NCBI RefSeq assembly: GCF_051105105.1
Contig: NZ_CP185339.1
From: Nannocystis pusilla
GTDB taxonomy: Bacteria; Myxococcota_A; Polyangia; Nannocystales; Nannocystaceae
Length of the DNA stretch: 64,000 bases
Strand: one strand, 5' to 3'
A model generated the notes under the pieces. It searched no databases, was not told where the DNA came from, and worked only from the letters and a program-made list of their open reading frames with translations. Numbering within the stretch: the first letter of the stretch is position 1; every line of letters begins with the position of its first letter. Position numbers and translations under genes: made by a program. Shown here in pieces: positions 50,871 to 62,108 of the stretch.

Positions 50871-51191
50871 GGATCGACGCTAACACGGCGATCGCCCGCG
50901 AAAGGACAGGCGAATGCGCGCCCTGCGGCCCTTAGTCGCCGTTCTGCGGCCGTTTACGGGGTCCGCGGGCCCCACGTGGCGGACCTCAGGCGAAGTCGAA
51001 CATGGCTGAAAGGACAGGCGATGCGAATGGCAGGGCGCAGCTCGCCATGGCCGCTCAATGTCTCGAGAGACATGTCGCTATAGGCAGCTCAGATGGGCGC
51101 GCTCGCTCGCTGGCGGCAAGATCCAGTCCGGGGGGCGCGTCCGCGTCCGCGCCAGTTGCCGAGGCCGCCCCGCCGCGTGTACGATCGCGCG

Positions 51192-51756
51192 ATGATCTTG
51201 TCCCGCTCCTTAACAGCCTCCGCCGCGCGCTGGTCCGCGGCCCTGTTGTTCCTGCTCGCCCCCGCCGCGAGCCGCACCGCGCGCGCCGACGCCGTGTCCG
51301 AGCCGCCGAGCTGCCCCGACGGCTCGAGCCCCGACGGCTGCCACGGGGGCGAGTACTGCGAGCCGAACGAGTGCACCGACACCTGTCCTTCGGGCAAGGT
51401 GTGCAAGGAGGTCGAGCGCTGCGCGGGCACGGTCACGTGCGGCGGCGGGTGGACCAGCACCGGCGGTGACTTCTCGGTCGACAACATCCTCGGAGACTGC
51501 GGCGAGGGCGGTGCGTGCGCTGCGGGGATGTGCAAGTCGTTCAAGCTGTGCGTGTCGGACACGAGCGGCACGACGTTCGACGGGCGACGGCTCCGGCACC
51601 TCGCAGGGGTCCGAGTCCGACGGCGACAGCGACGGCACGCCGCCGAAGAAGGAGGGCTGCGAAGGTTGCCGGACGAGCGACGACGCCGCGCCGGCGCTGC
51701 TGGCCCTGGGCGTCCTCGGCCTGGCGATCGGCCGGCGCTCGCGGCGACGCGGCTGA
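51192..51756 (+). CDS. Cys-rich secreted protein with a MYXO-CTERM sorting tail; frame broken by a GACGTTC heptamer at 51572-51578
   Basis: A signal peptide and a Cys-rich region (CPDGSSPDGCHGGEYCEPNECTDTCPSGKVCKEVERCAG...). The C-terminus GCEGCRTSDDAAPALLALGVLGLAIGRRSRRRG is in the +1 frame. Deleting the heptamer gives a continuous ...SGTTGDGSGTSQGSESDGD... Confidence 0.65.
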
Positions 51757-52123
51757 CGGCGGCGCGACGCGAGCGGGCGAACGCTCCTCGGGCCCGACCC
51801 GAAACGCAGGGGCAGACCGGGCCGCGTGGTGACGCTGCGGCCGATCCCCGCCGCACAAGCCCCCTGCCCTGCCGCCTGCTCCGCGCGGCGGGTGCGGTTG
51901 CAGAGCGTCGATCGTTGCATACGCCCCGCCCTGCGCACGACCCGAAGCCGCGCCTGGCGCAGGCGGCCCGCCGAGAGCCGCGCGACGCGTGGGCCCTGCT
52001 GGCGCCGTCGTCGACGACCAGGCGACCTGTCCCTTACGCCAGGTGCCAGTCTCGGCGCGAAATCGATCATCACCGCTCGCATCGACAAGTGCGGGGCCAT
52101 TTGCGACTCTGCATGCTGCCGAC

Positions 52124-53176
52124 ATGCCGATCGACCAGCAGCTCGTCCCCACCTCGCGTCTCCGCGTCCACACCCGCATCGCCGGTCCCGTCGGGGCCCC
52201 GCTCGTCGTCCTCGTCCACGGCAACGCCTCGAGCGGCGGGTTCTTCGAGCCGTTGATGCTGGCGCTCTCCGATCGCTTCCGCGTGATCGCGCCCGACATG
52301 CGCGGCTTCGGCGACACCGAGCCGGCCCCGATCGACGCGACCCGCGGCGTGCGCGACTTCGCCGACGATCTGCACGCGCTGCTCGTCGCGCTCGACCTGT
52401 CCTCGCGGCCAGCCGTGTTCGTCGGCTGGTCGGCAGGCGGCGGTGTGATCATGCAGTACGCGATCGATCACGCCAGCCATGTCGCCGGGCTGGTGCTCGA
52501 GAACCCGATGTCGCCGTACGGCTTCGGCGGCACCCGCGACGCCCGCGGCACCGCGACGACCGCCGACTTCGCCGGCTCGGGCGGCGGCACGGCCAACCCC
52601 GAGTTCGCGCGCCTGATCAAGGCCGGCGACCGCGGCAGCGACAACCAGGTCTCGCCGCGCAACGTCATGAACACCTTCTACTTCAAGCCGCCGTTCCGGG
52701 TCGAGCCGGCCCTCGAGGATGCGTTCGTCGAGGCGGTGGTGAAGACCAAGATCGGCGACGACCACTACCCCGGCGACATGACTGCGTCGTCGAACTGGCC
52801 GGGAGTCGCGCCCGGCACGCGCGGGATGAACAACGCGATCTCGCCGAAGTACGTCGACCTGTCGCCGTTCGCCGGCATCGATCCGCGGCCGCCGGTGCTG
52901 TGGATCCGCGGGGCCGACGACCAGATCGTCAGCGACACGTCGGTGTTCGACTTCGGGTTCCTCGGCAAGCTGGGCGCGGTGCCGGGCTGGCCGGGCGACG
53001 AGGTCGCGCCGCCGCAGCCGATGGTCGGGCAGATGCGCGCGGTCCTCGACGCCTACGCCGGCAACGGCGGACGCTACGAGGAGGTGGTGTTCTCCGACTG
53101 CGGACACTCGCCGCACATCGAGCAGCACGAGCGCTTTCTTGCGGCGCTGCGAAATTTTGCCGAGTCGGTGTTCTAG
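52124..53176 (+). CDS. alpha/beta hydrolase fold protein
   Basis: HGNASSGGFFEP..., GWSAGG (nucleophile elbow) and ...DCGHSPH... The ATG at 52124 was chosen over the longer ORF in the track. Confidence 0.7.
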   Translation: MPIDQQLVPTSRLRVHTRIAGPVGAPLVVLVHGNASSGGFFEPLMLALSDRFRVIAPDMRGFGDTEPAPIDATRGVRDFADDLHALLVALDLSSRPAVFVGWSAGGGVIMQYAIDHASHVAGLVLENPMSPYGFGGTRDARGTATTADFAGSGGGTANPEFARLIKAGDRGSDNQVSPRNVMNTFYFKPPFRVEPALEDAFVEAVVKTKIGDDHYPGDMTASSNWPGVAPGTRGMNNAISPKYVDLSPFAGIDPRPPVLWIRGADDQIVSDTSVFDFGFLGKLGAVPGWPGDEVAPPQPMVGQMRAVLDAYAGNGGRYEEVVFSDCGHSPHIEQHERFLAALRNFAESVF

Positions 53177-53236
53177 CCGCCGTAGAGGGCTTCTGTGCGC
53201 TTTTGCGCCGGCGATGAATGGGCTAAATTGCTGCAC

Positions 53237-54751
53237 ATGCGAACACGCCGTCCCTGGGCCGCCCTCACCCTCCTCCTCGCCTGCACGCCGCAAGGTGGCG
53301 GCGACACCGACGCGACGACCGCGGCGGTGACCGACTCCACGCCGGGCACCGATTCGACCGACTCGAGCGAAGCGACGGACACGGCGACGACGGGGCCGAC
53401 GTTCGACCAGCGACGCGCCGCCGACGGGGACGACGACCGAGGCGCCGGCGACCACCTCGACGACGACCGAGGACCCGACCGCGCCGACGAGCACGACCAC
53501 CGAGACCGGCGGCGACGGGCTGCACGGGCTCGTCCTCGAGGACACGTTCGAGGACGGGATTCTCGAACGGCTGGGTCCGCGTCGAGCGGTGGTTCGACCC
53601 CGATCCGTTCTTCATTCAGGAGGATCGGTTCGACCTCGATCAGCGGGCCCACCAGACCGGGCAGCGGCTTCGAGTTCTTCGGCAACGACCCGGTGCCGCA
53701 CAGCGGGCGGTTCTTGCTGTACTACGCGCCCGGCTGGAACAACGGCGCCAAGTCGACGGTGCTGCTGGCGCACGGCGCCAACGACCAGGCCGACCGCGCG
53801 TGGGCCAACCCCGGCGAGAGCGGCGACTTCGGCTGCGGTCAGTCGACCTGTCCCGACATCGGCCTGATGCAGGAGCTGGCGGCCGCGGGCCACCGCGTGT
53901 TCGCGGTCTCGCACGCGCACAGCCAGGGCGACAACGTGTTCTGGGCCCTGCAGATCGCGTGGGCCATCGACATCATCCGCGAGCGCACCGGGGTCGACAA
54001 GGTCGACGTGATCGGGTGGAGCAAGGGCGTGATGTCGTCGCGCATGTACGCGTCGGGCCTCACCGGCGGTCACCTCGAGTACCGGGGCGACATCGACAAG
54101 CTGATCCTGATCGGCGGGCCGAACCTCGGCTTCGACTACATCTTCCGCTACGGGACGGCCCACAACGCCGGCGTCTACGCCGACTTCGGCGGCAAGATCC
54201 ACGCGCCCGGGCCGCACGACGAGCTGCTGATCTTCGGCCTGTGGGAGGACCGCTCGGAGTACGCGATCTACAAGTCCGCCGCCGGCGACAACTACCGCGG
54301 GCAGCTGCAGATGCTCGCGGCGTGGGACGACGTTTATCCGCTGACCGGCACGGCCAACAACGGGCTGATGCAGTGGATCGTCGGCGACAGCGAGTCGACC
54401 TACTACGGCGAGGGCCAGTACAAGGGCGTGTACGCCCGCGGCAAGGGCATCGACTACGCGATCCAGCAGGGCTCGGTGATCGCCGACATGATCGACGCCG
54501 GCATCCCCGCCTCGATCTCGACCCACCTGCTGTGCGGCGACCTGAACCTCAATGACAACAGCGTGCTGATCCCGGGCATCCCCAACGAGATCGCCGGGCC
54601 GAGCGACGGCGTGGTGTTCGTCGACAGCTGCGCGGCGACCGACGGGATCGGGACGCTCACCGACTCGGCTGTCCTGAAGGACATCAACCACCTCAAGCTG
54701 GGCTGGCACCCGACGGCGGCCGCCCAGATCCTGACGTGGCTCGGTCAGTGA
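53237..54751 (+). CDS. secreted lipase/esterase-like alpha/beta hydrolase lipoprotein; three compensating frameshifts (a heptamer at 53398-53404 and single bases near 53568 and 53660)
   Basis: Lipoprotein signal LLLACTPQGG and a T/S/D-rich linker, then GWSKG (nucleophile elbow). With the heptamer removed, the frame between 53404 and about 53660 reads SDAPPTGTTTEAPATTSTTTEDPTAPTSTTTETGGDGLHGLVLEDTFEDGILE, then GWVRVERWFDPDPFFIQEDRFDLDQ, instead of the R/D/H-rich nonsense of the called frame. The shifts total 9 nt, so the ORF track shows one open frame. Confidence 0.6.
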   Translation: MRTRRPWAALTLLLACTPQGGGDTDATTAAVTDSTPGTDSTDSSEATDTATTGPTFDQRRAADGDDDRGAGDHLDDDRGPDRADEHDHRDRRRRAARARPRGHVRGRDSRTAGSASSGGSTPIRSSFRRIGSTSISGPTRPGSGFEFFGNDPVPHSGRFLLYYAPGWNNGAKSTVLLAHGANDQADRAWANPGESGDFGCGQSTCPDIGLMQELAAAGHRVFAVSHAHSQGDNVFWALQIAWAIDIIRERTGVDKVDVIGWSKGVMSSRMYASGLTGGHLEYRGDIDKLILIGGPNLGFDYIFRYGTAHNAGVYADFGGKIHAPGPHDELLIFGLWEDRSEYAIYKSAAGDNYRGQLQMLAAWDDVYPLTGTANNGLMQWIVGDSESTYYGEGQYKGVYARGKGIDYAIQQGSVIADMIDAGIPASISTHLLCGDLNLNDNSVLIPGIPNEIAGPSDGVVFVDSCAATDGIGTLTDSAVLKDINHLKLGWHPTAAAQILTWLGQ

Positions 54752-54772
54752 CGCGAACGGCCCGCCCGGGGC

Positions 54773-55918
54773 TCACCCGGGCGACATCGGCTCGCTGTGC
54801 TCGGCCAGCCAGCCGGCGATCTTCGGCCAGATGACCTTGGGGCCCTTGCTCGAGGTCGACAGGCCGATGTGCCCGACCGGGAACCGCAGCAAGGTCTTGT
54901 CGGTCGAGCCGACGGCGCCGAGCAGCGCCTCCGACGAGGGCGGCGGGGCGATGGTGTCGTTTTCGGCGACGAGGACGAGCAGCGGGCCGTGGATCTGGCG
55001 CAGGTCGACGCGCCGGCCGCCGACGATCATGCGGCCCTCGAAGAAGTTGTTCTCCTGGTAGCAGTCGCGGATGTACTGCCGGTACACCTCGCCGGGGAAG
55101 GGCACGTTGTCGGCGGCCCAGTGCTCCATGGCGAGGAAGCTGGTGACGAAGTCGCGGTCGTCGAGGCGGCGGAACACCTCGAACCACTTCGAGATCCGCT
55201 GCACCGGGGCCATCATCGAGAAGCCCGACTCCATCAGGTCGATCGGGACGTTGCCGTAGGCGTCGACCATGCTGTCGACGTTGAAGAACTCGGGGTCGGT
55301 CCAGGTGGTGAAGATGCCGCCGTGCTTGAAGTCGACCGGGGTGGCCTGGGCCACGAAGTTGCGCACGCCGCTGGGGTGGAGCGCCGCGGCGGCCAGCGCC
55401 ATCGTGCCGCCCATGCAGTAGCCGTACATCGTCAGGTCGTCGGCGCCGGACAGCTTGAAGACCCACCGCTTGGCGGCCTCGACGAAGCCGCCGAGCAGGT
55501 CGTCCCAGGTCATGTCCTGCTCGACCGCGCCGGGCGTGCCCCAGTCGATGGCGTAGACGTTGAAGCCCTGCTGGGTCATGAACTCGATCAGGCTGCGACC
55601 CGGCAGGAAGTCGAGGATGTAGTAGCGGTTGATCAGCGAGTAGACGAACAGGATCGGGGTGCGGAAGCGACGCACGGCCGGCTCGAAGCGGATCAGCTTC
55701 ATGCCGCCGCGCGCGTACACGACCCGCTTCGGGGTCGAGTTGACCGGGGGATCGCCGAGCCCGGTCGCGCGCTTGACCAGCGGCGCCAGGTAACGGGTCG
55801 GGCTGATCGCGCGGTCGCGTAGCGCCCGCTGCCAGGCGGCGCCGATCGTGGCTGTCCCTTCGGCCATGTCCGCGAGCTTGCGCGCGGCGCCCTTGACCCG
55901 CGAAAACGGCGTCGTCAC
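54773..55918 (-). CDS. phaC: poly(3-hydroxyalkanoate) synthase, class III/IV PhaC type
   Basis: About 380 aa, alpha/beta hydrolase, GYCMGG lipase box, with C-terminal ...NDTIAPP...FPVGHIGL. Its GTG overlaps the stop of the upstream small gene. Confidence 0.75.
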   Translation of the reverse strand: MTTPFSRVKGAARKLADMAEGTATIGAAWQRALRDRAISPTRYLAPLVKRATGLGDPPVNSTPKRVVYARGGMKLIRFEPAVRRFRTPILFVYSLINRYYILDFLPGRSLIEFMTQQGFNVYAIDWGTPGAVEQDMTWDDLLGGFVEAAKRWVFKLSGADDLTMYGYCMGGTMALAAAALHPSGVRNFVAQATPVDFKHGGIFTTWTDPEFFNVDSMVDAYGNVPIDLMESGFSMMAPVQRISKWFEVFRRLDDRDFVTSFLAMEHWAADNVPFPGEVYRQYIRDCYQENNFFEGRMIVGGRRVDLRQIHGPLLVLVAENDTIAPPPSSEALLGAVGSTDKTLLRFPVGHIGLSTSSKGPKVIWPKIAGWLAEHSEPMSPG

Positions 55919-56313
55919 GCGGCCCCCCGGACCGAGCGGGCCAGCTCGGCCTGCAGCTTCTCCAGCAGCTGGAGCGCGAGCTCCAGCTGGGTGGTGGTGA
56001 TCTCGAGCCGGTCCTCGGCCCGCCGCAGCTGCGCCCGCACCTCGTTGAAGTCGCCGAGCGTCGGCACGCGCCAGAAGTGCAGGACCTCCTCGGTGAGGTC
56101 GACGACGTTGCGGTGGAGGTGGAACATCTTCTGCAGCCCGCGGCCCGCGAACTTGAGGTAGCGCGGGCTGGTGGCCAGGCGCGTCATGACGCCGGTCGAG
56201 GCGCCCTCGAAGCGCATCCACCACTTGCCGGGGCCGCTCTTGGGGTCGGTGAGGTAGCCGACGAGCCGGAGGATCCGGGCGGTGAGGTTCCTGGGGGCTG
56301 TCTCTTGGGACAT
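55915..56313 (-). CDS. small coiled-coil protein, putative PHA synthase partner subunit (PhaE/PhaR-like) or phasin
   Basis: 132 aa with a coiled-coil C-terminus (...EDRLEITTTQLELALQLLEKLQAELARS). It is translationally coupled to phaC. The assignment is by position only. Confidence 0.35.
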   Translation of the reverse strand: MSQETAPRNLTARILRLVGYLTDPKSGPGKWWMRFEGASTGVMTRLATSPRYLKFAGRGLQKMFHLHRNVVDLTEEVLHFWRVPTLGDFNEVRAQLRRAEDRLEITTTQLELALQLLEKLQAELARSVRGAA

Positions 56314-56326
56314 GGCGAATAAAGTC

Positions 56327-57851
<1,525 letters not shown>

Positions 57852-57989
57852 GCGAAGATCCTCCGCTCCCGAGGCTACCCGAAGGCCCGGCCGTGCTGCA
57901 CCTGCGAAACGGCCTGCCGGGGTCTGCCGGCCGAGGATAGGCCGAGACAGCGGGAGATCAAGGCGTGAATTGTGCAGCGCACAAACGGC

Positions 57990-58547
57990 TCAGGAGGCGG
58001 GCCGCCTGCCCTTGCGGGGGGGCTTGCCGTCCTCGACGGTGCGCCGCAGCTCGGCGAGCTCGCGCCGCAGCGCGGCCAGCTCGTCGGACATGCCGCCTGG
58101 CTCGGGCGGGGGCGGCTCGTCGGGGAACGGCGGCGGCGCCGGCTCGCCGGCCGCGGGCGGGGTCCCGCCGAACCATCTCTTGAGGATCCCCGGCATCGCC
58201 AGGTCGGCCAGCGGGTTCCACGGGACGACGGCGCGCGCGCCCCCCTTGAGCTGCAGGTAGACCTCGAGCGCCCAGGCGATGTAGCGGCCGAAGAACTCGG
58301 CGAGCGCGTCGTCCCGCATGCGCACGAGCTGCTTGAGCAGGGACACCGGGAGCAGGCGCGCCGCCCCGCGGCTCTCGAGGATGATCTGCGCGAGCGTGAC
58401 CTGGGTGAGGTCCTGCCCGCTCTTGGCGTCGACGACCTTGAGGTCCTCGCCCATGCGCACGCGCTCCGCGATCTCCTCGAGGGTGACGTACCGGCTGCCC
58501 TCGGTGTCGTAGAGCCGACGGTTGCCGTACTTCTTGACCTGCAACAC
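57990..58547 (-). CDS. phaR: polyhydroxyalkanoate synthesis repressor PhaR
   Basis: VKKYGNRRLYDTEGSRYVTLEEIAERV...KVVDAKSGQDLTQVTLAQIILE is the PhaR DNA-binding N-terminal signature. The GTG start is inferred. Confidence 0.7.
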   Translation of the reverse strand: MLQVKKYGNRRLYDTEGSRYVTLEEIAERVRMGEDLKVVDAKSGQDLTQVTLAQIILESRGAARLLPVSLLKQLVRMRDDALAEFFGRYIAWALEVYLQLKGGARAVVPWNPLADLAMPGILKRWFGGTPPAAGEPAPPPFPDEPPPPEPGGMSDELAALRRELAELRRTVEDGKPPRKGRRPAS

Positions 58548-58862
58548 GGCGAGAACGGTAGCCGAGGTCGTGCTGCAGGTGCGAGGGGCGATTTCGCGCG
58601 AACAGGCGAACGCCACGGAGGGCGGCGGGAACGAGGCACGGGCGCGCGTCGCCTGTCGCCAGGTTTTCGGCCCTGGTAGCGGCTGGGAGCGCCGGGCGGC
58701 GAAATCATCGACCGGTCGAGCTCGGCGCGGAGCCACGCTCGGCCGCGCAGCGGGCCGTTCGCGCCTGGGGGCGCCGCCGCCGGGTCGCGGACGGGTGAGA
58801 CGCGATCTGGCCGATGGGACAGACCCTCCGCGACGCCCTCGACCCTCGGCCGGCGCATGTCC

Positions 58863-59837
58863 TCACGGACATGTCGCCGGGGCCAGCTTGCAGTCGGAGA
58901 ACCAGGCGGCAACGTCGCGGCACTGCGGGTCGGCCGGGTCGGCGGCGGCGCAGGCGAGGAAGCCGGCGCGATCGCGCAGGGAGCACAGGCGCGGCAGCTC
59001 CCACTTGCGGTCGCGGCAGCTGGTGTCGCGCGGGTCGCAGGTGCTGCGCATCCAGGTCGCGGTGCCGTCGCCGCGGAGGAACACGCGGTCATCGACGTTG
59101 CGGGCGCCGACCAGGCTCTCGACGCGGAGGCTGGCGGCGGCCTCGGCGGCGAGGGCCTGGTAGAGGCAGGCGTCGCCGGCGACCTCGTCGTCGCACGGGC
59201 GCGGCGAGGCGCAGGCTTCGAGCAGCGCGAGGGCGATGTCACCCGGGCAGCGGCCGGCCGCGCACACGCAGGCGCACGCCTCGGGGTCCTGCGAGCCGAG
59301 GCCGCACTCGGTCCAGCCTGCAGGATGCTCGGGGCCGGGGAAGTCGCCGGCCTTGCGACCGACGCGGCGGACGTGGACGACGTTGCCGACCCGCTTGTAG
59401 AAGGTGGAGTCGTAGTCCTCGTCGCCGGTCGAGGCGCTGGCGGTGGCGCAGAAGCCCGCGGCCTCGAAGGCGCAGGTCGAGCGATTGGCGAGGCGCTCGG
59501 TGGCGAACCAGATGCAACCGGCGGCGTCGCAGTCGGCCTCGACGGCGTGCGACTCGCACGGCTCGACGGCCGCGGGCGGGAGCTCGGGCGCGAGGTCGGG
59601 CGGCGGCGTGACGAGGGCGCCGCTGCCGGTGACCGGCACGCTGGTGGCGGCGTCGCCGGTGCTCGTGCTGCCGGCGGTGCCGGTGGTGCTCCCCTCGCCG
59701 ACCGTCGCCACGGTGCCGCCCTCGCTGTCGGTGCCGCGCGAAGCCGCGTCGGACCGCCCGGGGCTACACCCAGTCGCTACCAGCCACGAGAAGAGATAGG
59801 CGACGCCTGCCGGGCGCGCGCCAAAACCAAACCGCAC
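58863..59837 (-). CDS. Cys-rich lipoprotein, hypothetical
   Basis: Signal peptide plus lipobox (MRFGFGARPAGVAYLFSWLVATGC), a T/G/S linker, then a domain with more than 20 Cys (...CDAAGCIW...CAFEAAGFCA...CACVCAAGRCPGD...). Confidence 0.5.
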   Translation of the reverse strand: MRFGFGARPAGVAYLFSWLVATGCSPGRSDAASRGTDSEGGTVATVGEGSTTGTAGSTSTGDAATSVPVTGSGALVTPPPDLAPELPPAAVEPCESHAVEADCDAAGCIWFATERLANRSTCAFEAAGFCATASASTGDEDYDSTFYKRVGNVVHVRRVGRKAGDFPGPEHPAGWTECGLGSQDPEACACVCAAGRCPGDIALALLEACASPRPCDDEVAGDACLYQALAAEAAASLRVESLVGARNVDDRVFLRGDGTATWMRSTCDPRDTSCRDRKWELPRLCSLRDRAGFLACAAADPADPQCRDVAAWFSDCKLAPATCP

Positions 59838-60802
59838 GGTCTCACCCTGCCAGAGCACGCGCAGGAGATCAAGGAACCGCAGCGCTGGCGGCCCCGGCGC
59901 GGCGCGACGATTGCGACCGAGGCTGCCCGACGATGTGGGCGAGCATCGCCGGTGTAAGAAGCTCGCTGCGACGAATGGGTGATGCGCGACACAGGCCCGG
60001 CGCGATGAAGGATGAAGAAGGAATGCCGGCGACGGGCTGGAGTCGACGGTTGCCCGCGGTTGCGAGGGAGAGGCCCACTCCGAGGCGTTTTCCGCGGGCC
60101 AGCGGGGCCCGGGCGCGGGCTGTGCGAACCGGTGTGCTCGGCTCGGCGGAGCGTCGGTCGCAAGGGTGACCCGCGCTCGCGGCTGCACGGTCGATGACGT
60201 TGGTCCACGCGCCGCCTGCCCTTCCGGCTCGGTCGTCGCGCCCGTTCCTGGCGCTCGCGCGGGCCGATCCTTGCGGTGTCATTCCGTGACCCGCGTCGGA
60301 GGCGAGGCGCGTCGGTGTCGAGGCGAACTGCAACGCGTTGTTCGATCGCGCGGCGGCGCAGGCGACGTCGTCCGGTCGGCGCTGGAGCCGGTGGGCGAAG
60401 CGCAGTGCGTCTGTCGACGTGACAGTGGCGGTGCCGCGGCGGGAGTACGACTGTCCGGTCCAGCGAGGCTGGAGGCGGAGCGCGACCGTCGATTTCGACG
60501 CGCGAGTCAGCGCCCGGCGCGACGGCCACCACGGCGCAGCGAACCTGCCGGGTCGGGATCGGCCGGCGTGCCCCGAGTGCAGGGGCGCGGTCCCTGCCCC
60601 GTCCACGGACCGCCGCGCGGCCGAACCAGGGCGCGGGGTCCCTGCCCCGTTCGCGTCGGATCGGCGCGGCCGAGCCTACCTCGCGCCGCGCGAACGCATC
60701 CCCCGGGCCGGCGGCCTCTTGCTCGCCCGGCTGCAGCGAGCTCGCTGCAGCGGCTGCAAGAACGTCGACGCATTGGGATAGCTGAACGCACACATCCCTC
60801 AC

Positions 60803-60873
60803 GACATGCTCTTTCGAGCATGCTCTTCGGAGCATGTCTTTTCGCCAATGGGCGAAAGAGCATGTCGCTTCGG
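60803..60873. repeat. tandem array of four units of about 14 bp of the same family, with an embedded 7-bp-stem hairpin
   Basis: gacatgctctttcga / gcatgctcttcgga / gcatgtcttttcgccaatgggcgaaaga / gcatgtcgcttcgg. The third unit carries the hairpin tttcgcc-aatg-ggcgaaa. Confidence 0.8.
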
Positions 60874-60930
60874 GCAGGGCGAGCGACCTCCCGAGCGGAC
60901 CCTACCCGCCGTGGCGGGGCCTGCGGCGCC

Positions 60931-62013
60931 TCAGCGCGGGCCGGGGATGATGCGGAGGTCGGTGAGGAAGCGGGCGAGCTCGCGGATGTAGTCGCGGCGG
61001 CCGAGCTGCAGGAAGTGGCCGCCGGTGAAGCGGAAGCGGCGCGGGCGCTGCCAGTGGTTCCACAGCGCGTCGGCGTGGGCCTCGGTGACGAGGGCGTCGC
61101 CGCGGGCGGTGACGACGAGCCGGCGCTCCCACGGCACCTTGGGCTCGTACGAGAGGGGGCTGTGCAGCGCCCACGAGCTGTGGAAGCGCTCGCGGGTCAT
61201 GCCGAGCGCCTCGGCCTGGCGGCGGAACGAGTCGCCCTCGCCGTGATCCCAGAAGAGGTGCGCGAACGAGGCGGGGGCCATGATCGGGACGACGAAGGAC
61301 AGCCGCGGATCGATCGAGGCGACCAGGGCCGAGGTGTAGCCGCCGAGGCTCGAGCCCATCATACCGAGCGGCGCCGGGCTGTGGCGCAGGATGGCGGTGA
61401 TGGCGGCGCGGACGTCCTGGACGGTCTGGATGAAGGCCTCGTTGGTGCGCACCAGATCGGTCGAGGGGAACAGCTCGCCCGAGAAGCGCGCGGTGGTCGG
61501 CTTGCGCAGGCTGTGGAACGGCTGGACGTAGAGGTAGACGTTGAGGCCGAGGTCCCGGTAGAGGGTGGAGATGCTGAACTCGATCTCGTGCAGGCGACGG
61601 TTGCCAACGCACCAGCCGTGCGCGAGCAAGATCGAGGCGGGCGCGGGCCGGTCGTGCTGCCAGGCGTGCAGGTGGACGGTGTCGACGCGATCGTAGGTGG
61701 CGTACTCGCGGGCGTAGCCGGGGTCGCGCGGGCGGTAGGGCGAGGCGAAGCTGAAGTGGGTGGCGCGACCGTCGACGAGCGGCCGCACGGCGAGCGGGAC
61801 GAGCGGCGGCGGGGCCGGCGGCGGCGCGAGCAGGCGATCGGGCTCGGCGAGCACGGCGGGGTCGGTGTACTGCGCGACGACCTCGAGGCGGCGCTCGAGC
61901 TCGGCCCGCGCGAGCCGGTCGAGCTCGTTGCGCTGCATGAGGACGCGGCGGAGCCCGTGCCGCATGACGCGGTCGAAGCGGGCGCAGGCGTGATCGGCGA
62001 GGGCGCTGAGCAT
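60931..62013 (-). CDS. alpha/beta hydrolase fold protein
   Basis: GSSLGG nucleophile elbow with ...HGWCVGN... upstream. The 360-aa ORF is intact. Confidence 0.65.
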   Translation of the reverse strand: MLSALADHACARFDRVMRHGLRRVLMQRNELDRLARAELERRLEVVAQYTDPAVLAEPDRLLAPPPAPPPLVPLAVRPLVDGRATHFSFASPYRPRDPGYAREYATYDRVDTVHLHAWQHDRPAPASILLAHGWCVGNRRLHEIEFSISTLYRDLGLNVYLYVQPFHSLRKPTTARFSGELFPSTDLVRTNEAFIQTVQDVRAAITAILRHSPAPLGMMGSSLGGYTSALVASIDPRLSFVVPIMAPASFAHLFWDHGEGDSFRRQAEALGMTRERFHSSWALHSPLSYEPKVPWERRLVVTARGDALVTEAHADALWNHWQRPRRFRFTGGHFLQLGRRDYIRELARFLTDLRIIPGPR

Positions 62014-62108
62014 GCGGGTCTGATTTTTGTTTTAGGCGCGCGGACGGCGTTTGAGAAGCAAAATCCCGCCTTGCGCCGCGGGGCCGGCGGGTGCGAGGCT
62101 GGCTGCGC

